Below are positions 24,752 through 32,000 of a DNA stretch of 32,000 bases, one piece after another. The position numbers were made by a program, and so were the translations under genes. Every line of letters starts with the position of its first letter. Position 1 is the first letter of the stretch. Below the pieces are notes generated by a model. That model was not told the origin of the DNA, searched no databases, and worked only from the letters and a program-made list of their open reading frames with translations. Origin of the DNA: an uncultured Actinomycetes bacterium (GTDB lineage: Bacteria > Actinomycetota > Actinomycetes > S36-B12 > CAIYMF01); assembly GCA_963843975.1 (NCBI GenBank), contig CAWJMG010000003.1, positions 330,001 to 362,000 of the forward strand. Reading direction: 5' to 3'.

Positions 24752-25548
24752 GAGCGTTCCTTCCGGTTGGTGAGGAGGTAGGTCGACGTCACGATCACGG
24801 CCGACAGCACGAGCAGCACCGTCGCCACGGCGTTCACCCCGGGGCTGACGCCCTTGCGGATGAGGCCGAAGAGGTAGATCGGCAGCGTCGTGCTGCCGGC
24901 GGACGACAGGAAGCTCGAGATGATGAAGTCGTCCAGCGAGATGATGAAGGCCAGCAGCGCGCCCGAGACGATGCCGGGCATCAGCACCGGCAGCGTGACC
25001 TTGCGGAAGAGCCGCCACATGTTGGCGCCGAGGTCGACGCCCGCCTCGAAGACCGAGAGGTCGAGGCTCTGCAGCCGCGCGCGGATCGGCAGCAGGGCGA
25101 ACGGGATGCAGAAGGCCACGTGCGCGAGCACTAGGGCCGTGAAGCCGGGCTTCACCCCGATGAGGCGGATGAAGCCGAGCGTCGCGACACCGGCGACGAT
25201 CTCCGGGATCACGAGCGGCGCGGTGATGAGGCCGAGCGCTGCACCCCGCTTGCGTGCCGACCAGCGCTCGAGCACCAGCGCGAGTCCGAGGGCGAAGAGC
25301 GTCGACACCACCATGGCGATGAGGGCGAGCTTCACCGACACGATCGTGGCGTCGAGGATGTCGGGGTTGGCGAAGATCCGGCTGAACCAGACCGTGCTGA
25401 ACCCCTCCCACACGAGTGCGCGGTCGCCGGAGTTGAAGGAGTACACGACCGTGACGACCATCGGCACGTAGAGGAAGAACAGCGCGAACCACGCGATGGC
25501 GGCGATCCCGGGGAAGCGGCGCAGCGCCGCGGCGTCACCCTCCCTCAT
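24748..25548 (-). CDS. potC: ABC transporter permease, PotC-like
   Basis: 266 aa with six hydrophobic segments. The EAA-type loop reads SVFEAGVDLGANMWRLFRKVTLPVLMPG. ATG 25548 overlaps the potB-like stop (ATGA). Confidence 0.82.
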   Translation of the reverse strand: MREGDAAALRRFPGIAAIAWFALFFLYVPMVVTVVYSFNSGDRALVWEGFSTVWFSRIFANPDILDATIVSVKLALIAMVVSTLFALGLALVLERWSARKRGAALGLITAPLVIPEIVAGVATLGFIRLIGVKPGFTALVLAHVAFCIPFALLPIRARLQSLDLSVFEAGVDLGANMWRLFRKVTLPVLMPGIVSGALLAFIISLDDFIISSFLSSAGSTTLPIYLFGLIRKGVSPGVNAVATVLLVLSAVIVTSTYLLTNRKERS

Positions 25549-26450
25549 GCCGTCAGCTCCACCTTCGTGCCGGTGCGGCGTCCCCAGAGCAGGACGACGA
25601 CCAGCGCGATGAGCAGCACGGCGAGCAGGATCATCGACAGCGCCGAGCCGAACGGCCAGTTGCGGGCGTCGCTGAACTGCGCGGCGATCAGGTTGCCGAC
25701 GAGCAGGTCCTTGCCGCCGCCGAGGAGCGCCGGCTGGACGTAGGAGCCGAGCGCGGGCACGAACACCAGGAAGACGCCGGCGATGATGCCGGGCCGGGCG
25801 GCGGGGTAGATGACGCGGCGCAGGACGACCCAGCGGTTGGCGCCGAGGTCGTACGCCGCCTCCGCGAGCCGGAAGTCGAAGCGCTCGAGCAGCGCGTAGA
25901 TGGGCAGCACCATGAACGGCAGGAACGTGTAGACGAGGCCGACACCGGAGGCGAACGGCGTGTAGAGCAGCTGGAAGCGCCCGAGACCGAGTGCGTCGGT
26001 GATGTCGTTGACGACGCCGTTCTCGTTGAGCACCAGCAGCCACGCGTAGGTGCGGACGAGCAGGTTGGTCCAGAACGGGATCGTCACGAGCAGCACGAGC
26101 ACGTTCTGCGCGCGACGGCTCTGGTTGCTCATCCAGAGGGCGAGCGGGAAGCCGAGCGCGATGCACGCCACGGTCGTGATGGCCGCCAGCCAGAACGACA
26201 GCAGGAACACGTTGATGTAGGCCAGGTTGAACGACGTGTTGCCGAGGAAGTCCGTCTCGACGAAGAACCGCTTGTAGGCCTCGATCGTGGGCGTCCACAC
26301 GACGCCGCCGCCGAACTCGGGCTGGGTGAGGAACGAGAAGATCGCGACGACGATCAGCGGCCCGCCCGTGAGCACGATGGCCGTGAGCAGCCCGGGCCAC
26401 GAGGCCCAGTGGGGGAGCTGCCCCGGTCGGGCAGCGGTGCTGCGCGTCAC
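25545..26450 (-). CDS. potB: ABC transporter permease, PotB-like
   Basis: 301 aa, multi-TM. The EAA loop reads [31 protein letters not shown] 26450 overlaps the potA stop (GTGA). Confidence 0.82.
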   Translation of the reverse strand: MTRSTAARPGQLPHWASWPGLLTAIVLTGGPLIVVAIFSFLTQPEFGGGVVWTPTIEAYKRFFVETDFLGNTSFNLAYINVFLLSFWLAAITTVACIALGFPLALWMSNQSRRAQNVLVLLVTIPFWTNLLVRTYAWLLVLNENGVVNDITDALGLGRFQLLYTPFASGVGLVYTFLPFMVLPIYALLERFDFRLAEAAYDLGANRWVVLRRVIYPAARPGIIAGVFLVFVPALGSYVQPALLGGGKDLLVGNLIAAQFSDARNWPFGSALSMILLAVLLIALVVVLLWGRRTGTKVELTA

Positions 26451-27604
26451 GAGGCGTCCGCCAGCGCGGTGTCGGCGGAGTCGGCGACCTCGGACGCAGT
26501 GGGCGTCTCGACGACCGGCCGGGCGAACCCGGCAGCCACGCGCACCGACACGACGGCACCGGGCCGGACGTGTCCCGATTCGACCGATGCGGGCACGCGC
26601 GTGCTCACCGGCGTGCCGTCGCGGAGGATCGCCGTGGCGCGGAGGTCCGTGCCCATGTACGTCGCCGTCGTCACGGTGGCCGGTGCGCCGTCGGCGTCGC
26701 CCTCGGGCGCGAAGGTGACGCGCTCAGGGCGCACCGCGACGGTCGCGTGCCCGATCGCGTGGTCGGCGTCGGCCGGCAGCCTCACGCTCGGGCCCTCGGG
26801 GAGCGCGAATGCGAGGGTGTCGCCGTCCCGGAGGAGGACGACGTCGAAGAAGTTCGTCTCGCCGATGAAGTCGGCGACGAACCGGTCGACCGGCCGCTCG
26901 TAGATGTCCTGCGGCGTCCCGACCTGCGCGACGCGGCCGTTCTCGAACACCGCGATCCGGTCGCCCATCGAGAGGGCTTCCTCCTGGTCGTGGGTCACGA
27001 AGACGAACGTGATGCCGGTGGTGCGCTGCAGCTCCTTGAGCTCGGCCTGCATGCCGCGGCGCAGCTTGAGGTCGAGCGCTGCGAGCGGCTCGTCGAGCAG
27101 GAGGACCTTCGGGCGCTTGGCGAGGGCCCTGGCGAGCGCGACGCGCTGCTGCTGGCCGCCGGACAGCTGGCCCGGACGACGCTCCTCGAGCCCGGGGAGG
27201 TGCACCAGAGCGAGCATCTCCTTCACCTTCGCGTCGATGTCGGACTTCGAGGCGCCGTCCATCTCGAGGCCGAACGCGATGTTCTTGGCGACCGTGAGGT
27301 GCGGGAAGAGCGCGTAGCTCTGGAAGACCGTGTTGACCGGGCGCTTGTACGGCGGCAGCTCGTCGATGCGCGCGCCGTCGAGGAGGATGCGTCCCTCGTC
27401 CGCGGTCTCGAGCCCGGCGATGCTGCGCAGGAGCGTGGTCTTGCCGCAGCCGGACGGCCCGAGCATCACGAAGAACTCGCCGGGCCGGATGTCGAGCGAC
27501 ACCCCCGCGAGCGCGTGGACCGTCGTCCCCTCGGGTGTCGCGAAGCTCTTGCGGAGCTGCTCGACGCGGAGTCCTGGTGCTCGCTCGTCGGTCTGCTCGG
27601 ACAA
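26447..27604 (-). CDS. potA: ABC transporter ATP-binding protein, PotA-like with C-terminal TOBE-type domain
   Basis: Walker [11 protein letters not shown]-loop, signature [15 protein letters not shown], Walker [12 protein letters not shown] and H-loop THDQEEA. TTG start 27604-27602, preceded by GGGAGGG. Confidence 0.9.
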   Translation of the reverse strand: MSEQTDERAPGLRVEQLRKSFATPEGTTVHALAGVSLDIRPGEFFVMLGPSGCGKTTLLRSIAGLETADEGRILLDGARIDELPPYKRPVNTVFQSYALFPHLTVAKNIAFGLEMDGASKSDIDAKVKEMLALVHLPGLEERRPGQLSGGQQQRVALARALAKRPKVLLLDEPLAALDLKLRRGMQAELKELQRTTGITFVFVTHDQEEALSMGDRIAVFENGRVAQVGTPQDIYERPVDRFVADFIGETNFFDVVLLRDGDTLAFALPEGPSVRLPADADHAIGHATVAVRPERVTFAPEGDADGAPATVTTATYMGTDLRATAILRDGTPVSTRVPASVESGHVRPGAVVSVRVAAGFARPVVETPTASEVADSADTALADAS

Positions 27605-27634
27605 GGGACCCTCCCACCACGACCTCGGTCATCC

Positions 27635-27651
27635 GACTAACGGCGTTAGTC
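27635..27651. promoter_or_regulatory. Operator-like palindrome 1: GACTAAC-GGC-GTTAGTC
   Basis: Perfect 7-bp inverted arms with a 3-bp spacer, 31 nt upstream of the potA-like start, in the 135-bp divergent region shared with the TetR gene. Confidence 0.45.
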
Positions 27652-27667
27652 GATGTCGTGTGGCGGA

Positions 27668-27684
27668 GACTAATGACATTAGGC
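27668..27684. promoter_or_regulatory. Operator-like palindrome 2: GACTAAT-GAC-ATTAGGC
   Basis: Same 7-3-7 architecture and near-identical half-sites to palindrome 1, with one arm mismatch. The centres are 33 bp apart. It lies ~56 nt upstream of the TetR ATG. Confidence 0.4.
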
Positions 27685-27739
27685 AGGCATGGGAAGTACC
27701 CTTCCGCACAACTTCACGGAGTCGTGACAAGGGGGAAAC

Positions 27740-28393
27740 ATGGCAGCGCGGGCCGCGAAGCCGCTGTCCGAGGAGCGCATCGTCCGCGCAGCCCTCGCCG
27801 TCATCGACAAGGAGGGCGTGGACGCCTTCACGCTCGAGCGGGTCGCAGCACGGCTCGGCGTCAAGGCGCCGTCCCTCTACAACCACGTGGCGTCCAAGGC
27901 GGTCATCATCGAGGGCGTGCGCGACCTCGTCGTGGCCGAGATGGACTACGCGATGTTCGAGACCGAGCGCTGGGACGTCGCCCTCGAGGCCTGGGCGCGC
28001 TCCTACCGCGACGCCTTCGCGGCGCACCCCAACACCGTGACGATCCTCTACACGACGCCGGTCAACGCCGACGCGACGTACGTCATGTACGAGGCGGTGA
28101 CCGCAGCGCTGGCACGGGCCGGCTGGCCGGTCGAGATGACGGTCCCGATCCTCGCGACGATCGAGTACCTCATCGCGGGCTCGGTGCTCGACCGCGTGGC
28201 CGCCGGAACGATGTTCGGCCACGCGATGGACCGGGGAGCCCCCAGCGTGGCCGCGTCGCTGAAGGCCGTTCGGAGCCAGGTGGAGCTGTCCGACCAGATC
28301 TTCGAGCTAGGCCTGGAATCGCTCCTCGACGGACTGCGCCGCAAGCACCGGGTAGTGCGTGCACCACGTTCCACGAGGCGCGCAGCCGTCTGA
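27740..28393 (+). CDS. TetR-family transcriptional regulator
   Basis: N-terminal HTH IVRAALAVIDKEGVDAFTLERVAARLGVKAPSLYNHVASK followed by a helical ligand-binding domain. ATG preceded by AAGGGGGAA. Divergent from the transporter operon. Confidence 0.85.
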   Translation: MAARAAKPLSEERIVRAALAVIDKEGVDAFTLERVAARLGVKAPSLYNHVASKAVIIEGVRDLVVAEMDYAMFETERWDVALEAWARSYRDAFAAHPNTVTILYTTPVNADATYVMYEAVTAALARAGWPVEMTVPILATIEYLIAGSVLDRVAAGTMFGHAMDRGAPSVAASLKAVRSQVELSDQIFELGLESLLDGLRRKHRVVRAPRSTRRAAV

Positions 28394-28647
28394 CCTGCGA
28401 TGATGGCCCTCGATAGGCCGTTAGGGACGACGATGAATTCCTATCGAGTTAGGGAATTGTTCAGGTGTCCCGTAACGTTGTCGATACAGCCGGTGTGATG
28501 TTCTGACATTCAGTCACATCACGATTGCTCGATCGAGCAGCACCGGCACCCGCGAGAAGGACGGCTCGTCCCCGCGGGACACCCCGGATCTGCACGACGC
28601 CGCTTCGCGCGGTGCGCAGACCGGAACGATTGGAAAGAGGTAAGGCC

Positions 28648-28677
28648 ATGGACGACTTCGGTCCCTGGGACGACTGA
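28648..28677 (+). CDS. Candidate 9-codon micro-ORF MDDFGPWDD with strong Shine-Dalgarno
   Basis: AAGAGG (28635-28640) lies 7 nt before ATG 28648, and the TGA is at 28675-28677. Two strong hairpins follow immediately. No longer ORF continues downstream on this strand. Coding status is unproven. Confidence 0.2.
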   Translation: MDDFGPWDD

Positions 28678-28684
28678 GTCCCCT

Positions 28685-28705
28685 GTCGACCCCGACGGGG
28701 TCGAC
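28685..28705. terminator. Palindromic hairpin GTCGACCCCG-A-CGGGGTCGAC
   Basis: 10-nt arms are exact reverse complements (the effective stem is ~8 bp once a loop opens). It sits 8 nt after the micro-ORF stop. Confidence 0.35.
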
Positions 28706-28715
28706 CACAGATGTC

Positions 28716-28753
28716 GGCGAAGGCCCTCCGCGATGACGCGGGGGGCCTTCGCC
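28716..28753. terminator. 17-bp hairpin with ATGA tetraloop between convergent genes; bidirectional terminator candidate
   Basis: GGCGAAGGCCCTCCGCG-ATGA-CGCGGGGGGCCTTCGCC: 16 Watson-Crick pairs plus one T-G wobble. It ends 15 nt from the stop (28769-28771) of the minus-strand GGDEF gene. Confidence 0.65.
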
Positions 28754-28768
28754 CGTTACCGGGCGCGG

Positions 28769-29797
28769 CTACTGCTGCGCGGAGCCCTCGTCGGAGAGCA
28801 CGACGGAGTCCTCGGCCGCGAGGGCCTGCTCCGGGATCACCACGCTGCCTGTACGCCGCTTCGCCGCATACAGCACGGCGTCCGCGGCGGCCACGGCCGT
28901 CTGCAGGTCGACGTCGCGCTCCCAGACCGCGACGCCGGCTGTCCACTCGGACGGCGACCGCTCGCTCATGCGCACGAGCAGCGGCGCGGCCTCCTCGGGG
29001 CTGGTGCCCGGGAGCACGACGACGAACTCGTCGCCGCCGGTGCGCGCGAGGACGTCGGCCTCGCGCAGCTCGCCGTACCACGCCTCGGTGAGCTCGACGA
29101 GCAGCCGGTCGCCGGCGGGGTGGCCGTGCTCGTCGTTGTACGACTTGAACATGTCGAGGTCGATCGCGACGACCGTGGTCGGCAGCCCGGCGCGCAGCGC
29201 GAGCGACCGCCCGACCGGAGCCTGCATCGCGAGACCGTTCCGGTTGAGGACGCCCGTGAGCGGGTCGGACAGGGCGAGGTCGTTCATGCGCTCGACCATC
29301 CGCACGCAGATCTGCATCTCCATCGGCACGATCACGACGGCGATGGCCACGAAGTACCAGTCGATCATCGACGCCGTGGGCAGCACCATCGCGCCGACCC
29401 AGAACGCCAGGGCGAGCAGCGCCTGCCGCCATGCCGCACGGCGGGGGAGGATCTCGGCCATCGCCGGGATGCCGGCCATGAGGACGAGCAGGGGCCCGAT
29501 GCAGCCGACCGGTGTGGCGGCCGTGGCCGTGATGGTCGTGCCGCCGAGCGTCAGGCCGAGGAGCGAGAGCTCGAGGCCGCGCTGGCCCATCGACGGCGCG
29601 ACCGTGAACGTGAGCACGGCCCAGAACAGCGTGACCATGCCGACCACGAAGCAGAGGAGGACCGGGGTGTCGGGCGACGGCGGGCGCGCCGCGAAGGCGA
29701 GGCACCCGAGGCCGGCTGCGCCGATGAGCAGCGAGGCGTCGCGGAAGTGCCGGCGCTCAGGGCTGCGGCGCAGCGAGCGCGTCGAACGAGTCTCCAC
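28769..29797 (-). CDS. Membrane-bound diguanylate cyclase: ~6 TM N-terminal domain + GGDEF domain with I-site
   Basis: GTG start at 29797. Six hydrophobic segments lie in the first ~170 aa. Then DPLTGVLNRNGL, AIDLDMFKSYNDEHGHPAGD and READVLARTGGDEFVVVL (RxxD five residues before GGDEF). Confidence 0.85.
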   Translation of the reverse strand: METRSTRSLRRSPERRHFRDASLLIGAAGLGCLAFAARPPSPDTPVLLCFVVGMVTLFWAVLTFTVAPSMGQRGLELSLLGLTLGGTTITATAATPVGCIGPLLVLMAGIPAMAEILPRRAAWRQALLALAFWVGAMVLPTASMIDWYFVAIAVVIVPMEMQICVRMVERMNDLALSDPLTGVLNRNGLAMQAPVGRSLALRAGLPTTVVAIDLDMFKSYNDEHGHPAGDRLLVELTEAWYGELREADVLARTGGDEFVVVLPGTSPEEAAPLLVRMSERSPSEWTAGVAVWERDVDLQTAVAAADAVLYAAKRRTGSVVIPEQALAAEDSVVLSDEGSAQQ

Positions 29798-29894
29798 CCG
29801 AGATGTCTCCCCACCCCCCGTGGGACCCCGAGCCTCGTTTGTACCAGGGAAGGGAACCCTGCGCCGTCGGCGGATCCCGTTCGTGACCGGTCGT

Positions 29895-30296
29895 TCAGCC
29901 GGCGAGCACGATCCCGATGAAGACCGCCGACAGCGCCGACAGGCCGGACAGGGCTCCCCAGAGGGCGAGGCCCTGGGTCGTCGTGGCGCGGGTGTGGAGG
30001 AACGCGGCCACGCCCGACAGGGCCACGACAGCGACCTTCAGGGCGAGCACCGTGCTCCAGCCCGTCGGCGCCTCGGCCTGCTCGGCCATCACGTTCCACA
30101 CCCCCGTGGCCACGAGCACCCAGTAGGCGGGCCACGCGATCCGGTTGTAGGCGTTCGCCGCGGCCTTGGGCAGGCTCGGGTCCTTCGCGCGCAGCACCGG
30201 AACCAGCGCGGCGAGCACGAGCTGACCGCCCACCCAGACGGTCGCCGCGATCACGTGGACGAAGAGGCGTACGACGTCGAGCCAGGCGATGTCCAT
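29895..30296 (-). CDS. Integral membrane protein, 4 TM (CopD-like / DUF-type)
   Basis: ATG 30296 within track ORF 29895..30332. MDIAWLDVVRLFVHVIAATVWVGGQLVLAALVP resembles the first helix of CopD-type proteins, and three further TM helices follow. Confidence 0.6.
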   Translation of the reverse strand: MDIAWLDVVRLFVHVIAATVWVGGQLVLAALVPVLRAKDPSLPKAAANAYNRIAWPAYWVLVATGVWNVMAEQAEAPTGWSTVLALKVAVVALSGVAAFLHTRATTTQGLALWGALSGLSALSAVFIGIVLAG

Positions 30297-30364
30297 GCGC
30301 CGATCCTTCCCCTCGGCGTACCGTCGAGCCACAGTGGTCGCGCCGCGACCCGGGGGGAGTCGTC

Positions 30365-30544
30365 ATGATCTGGATCGTCCTGCTCGCCATCGCGGTCTCG
30401 GTGGTCACGACCCTCGTGATCCGCGCGCGCCGCGAGACGTCGCTCGACGACGTCCGCGACGCCGAGGCCGCACGCAACCTCGGCGCCCAGCACATCGACC
30501 CGGGCCACCCTGGCGGATCGGGCGCTCCGGGCCGGCTCCGCTGA
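30365..30544 (+). CDS. 59-aa single-pass membrane protein (MIWIVLLAIAVSVVTTLVIRARRETSLDD...)
   Basis: ATG 30365 to TGA 30542-30544. Third positions are G/C in all but five of the 58 post-ATG sense codons. One N-terminal TM helix, then a charged tail. The gene ends 6 nt before the YdeI-family gene. It is just below the ORF-track size cutoff; the listed 30289..30558 ORF is a different, Arg/Pro-rich frame. Confidence 0.5.
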   Translation: MIWIVLLAIAVSVVTTLVIRARRETSLDDVRDAEAARNLGAQHIDPGHPGGSGAPGRLR

Positions 30545-30550
30545 GCACGC

Positions 30551-31123
30551 ATGGCTGACGAGCCCGCACTGCCCTTCGCGACCGGTGAGGACTTCGCCGC
30601 GTGGATCGCGGCCCAGGAAGGCCCCGAGGGCGTCTGGCTGCGCGTGCCCATGAAGGCGTCGGAGAACCCCGGCATCGGGTACGCCGAGGCGCTGCAGGTC
30701 GCCCTCGCGCACGGGTGGATCGACGGCCACAAGAAGGGCGACGACGGCAGCGGCTACTGGCTCCAGCGCTTCACGCCGCGACGGGCGCGCAGCCGCTGGT
30801 CGCAGGTCAACCGCGAGCACGCCGAGCGGCTCATCGCCGACGGTCGCATGACGCCGGCCGGGCTGGCCGAGGTGCAGGCCGCGAAGGCGGACGGGCGCTG
30901 GGACGCGGCGTACGCGCCGCAGAGCCGCGCCAAGGTGCCGCCCGAGCTGGCGGCGGCGTTCGACGCCACGCCCGGCGCCCGCGAGGCGTTCGAGGCCCTG
31001 GACAGTCGCAACCGCTACTCGGTGCTGCACCGCGCGGCGTCCCCGAAGACCGACAAGGGCAAGGTCGCCGCCTGCGAGCGCCTGGCCGCGATGCTCGCCC
31101 GAGGCGACAAGCCCTACCCCTGA
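30551..31123 (+). CDS. YdeI/OmpD-associated family protein (DUF1801-related)
   Basis: Family-typical layout: FAAWIAAQ, ALAHGWIDGHKKG, WLQRFTPRRARSRWSQVNREHAERLIADGRMTPAGL, and C-terminal AREAFEALDSRNRYSVLHR. Confidence 0.75.
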   Translation: MADEPALPFATGEDFAAWIAAQEGPEGVWLRVPMKASENPGIGYAEALQVALAHGWIDGHKKGDDGSGYWLQRFTPRRARSRWSQVNREHAERLIADGRMTPAGLAEVQAAKADGRWDAAYAPQSRAKVPPELAAAFDATPGAREAFEALDSRNRYSVLHRAASPKTDKGKVAACERLAAMLARGDKPYP

Positions 31124-31169
31124 TTCGTCGTCGTCCGGCGGTGGGGGCGCGACCTAGACTGGCTGCGTC

Positions 31170-32000
31170 ATGTCGGCCGACGTCCCTCTCCCAGCGCCGT
31201 CGGTAGCGGACCTCCGGAGCCGCCTCGACGGCGTGATGCTGCGCGACCGCAGGCGGCTCGGGCGCAGGCTCGAGGGCACCCGGAAGATCCGCGACGACGC
31301 CAAGCGCACGCTCGCCGTCGGGAAGGTCGCCGACGACGTCGCCCGTGCCGAGGCGCGCATCGCCGCTCGTCGTGCGTCGGTTCCGACGATCACCTACCCG
31401 GACCTCCCCGTGTCGGCCCGCCGCGACGACATCGCTGCGGCGATCCGCGACCACCAGGTCGTCGTGGTCGCGGGCGAGACAGGCAGCGGCAAGACCACGC
31501 AGATCCCCAAGATCCTGCTCGAGCTCGGCCGCGGCGTCGTCGGCCAGATCGGCCATACGCAGCCGCGGCGCATCGCGGCCCGCGCCGTGGCCGACCGCGT
31601 GGCGGAGGAGCTCGACGTCGAGCTGGGCGAGGCCGTCGGCTACCAGGTGCGGTTCACCGACCACTCGAGCGACCGCACGCTCGTGAAGGTGATGACCGAC
31701 GGCGTGCTGCTCGCCGAGATCCAGAACGACCGGCTGCTCGAGCGCTACGACACGATCGTCATCGACGAGGCGCACGAACGCAGCCTCACCATCGACTTCC
31801 TGCTCGGCTACCTGCGCGAGATCCTGCCGCGGCGCCCCGACCTGAAGGTCGTCGTCACCTCGGCCACGATCGACACCGCACGTTTCAGCGAGCACTTCTC
31901 CGACGCACCGATCATCGAGGTGAGCGGGCGCACGTACCCGGTGGACGTCGTCTACGAGCCGTACGGCGTCGAGGACGGCGACGACCGCGACCAGATCGCC
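31170..32000 (+). CDS. hrpA: ATP-dependent RNA helicase HrpA, N-terminal 277 codons (continues past window end)
   Basis: ATG 31170, with the frame open to 32000. DEAH-box helicase motifs [50 protein letters not shown]. Absent from the ORF track because there is no stop in the window. Confidence 0.9.
   Translation, partial: MSADVPLPAPSVADLRSRLDGVMLRDRRRLGRRLEGTRKIRDDAKRTLAVGKVADDVARAEARIAARRASVPTITYPDLPVSARRDDIAAAIRDHQVVVVAGETGSGKTTQIPKILLELGRGVVGQIGHTQPRRIAARAVADRVAEELDVELGEAVGYQVRFTDHSSDRTLVKVMTDGVLLAEIQNDRLLERYDTIVIDEAHERSLTIDFLLGYLREILPRRPDLKVVVTSATIDTARFSEHFSDAPIIEVSGRTYPVDVVYEPYGVEDGDDRDQIA

Noticed and set aside
28420-28455. Telomere-like TTAGGG occurring twice.
   Set aside because: There are only two copies 28 bp apart in the interior of the window. 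This is better explained as a direct repeat or regulator half-site (discussed in the island finding).
28514-28708. A 64-aa minus-strand ORF inside the structured island.
   Set aside because: It has many codons that are rare here (AGG, GGA, AGT, CGA, AGA, TTT). Its ATG lies inside the 28685-28705 palindrome, and its product is featureless.
29798-29894. G-runs on the minus strand (GGGG-TCCCAC-GGGGGG-T-GGGG) as a G-quadruplex in the GGDEF gene leader.
   Set aside because: There are only three usable G-tracts, so a canonical four-tract quadruplex cannot form without forcing a zero-length loop.
1-32000. Search by eye for tRNA/rRNA/tmRNA signatures, CRISPR-like spaced repeats, transposase/integrase/recombinase ORFs, terminal inverted repeats and reverse transcriptases.
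   Set aside because: None found. The only strong compositional anomaly I noticed is the short island at 28401-28530, and gene content is chromosomal in character. A computational tRNA/IS scan would be needed to be certain.

Overview
Very GC-rich, actinobacterial-type chromosomal segment: third codon positions are almost all G/C, GTG/TTG starts are common, and many neighbouring genes overlap by 1-4 nt at start/stop. I call about 35 protein genes. By eye there is no rRNA, tRNA, CRISPR array, transposase or integrase. Left to right: two tandem secreted FMN-binding-type paralogues (-); a block encoding a 952-aa secreted protein of seven Ig-like repeats plus a coupled lipoprotein (+); a GntR regulator, a true ACC deaminase (acdS) and a methyltransferase (+); a decayed GGDEF remnant followed by a 4xPAS-GGDEF diguanylate cyclase; a GNAT acetyltransferase with an unlisted 34-aa zinc-ribbon ORF; sbcDC (-); a membrane-anchored NERD-domain protein; formate-tetrahydrofolate ligase (fhs). 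A long minus-strand string follows (potABCD-like transporter, amidohydrolase, cytoplasmic Asp-box beta-propeller, MoaD/ThiS-like protein), divergent from a TetR gene with two matching palindromic operators. The window ends with a second, membrane GGDEF cyclase, small membrane proteins, a YdeI-family protein and the 5' part of hrpA. Most worth a second look: (i) the propeller + MoaD/ThiS-like pair with a non-terminal GG; (ii) a ~50% GC, highly structured island carrying a Shine-Dalgarno-preceded 9-codon ORF between two convergent genes; (iii) the multi-domain NERD membrane protein; (iv) the anchor-less Ig-repeat protein/lipoprotein block. All functional calls rest on motifs recognised by eye; no database search or folding computation was run, and none of the candidate novel modules can be assigned a function from sequence alone.
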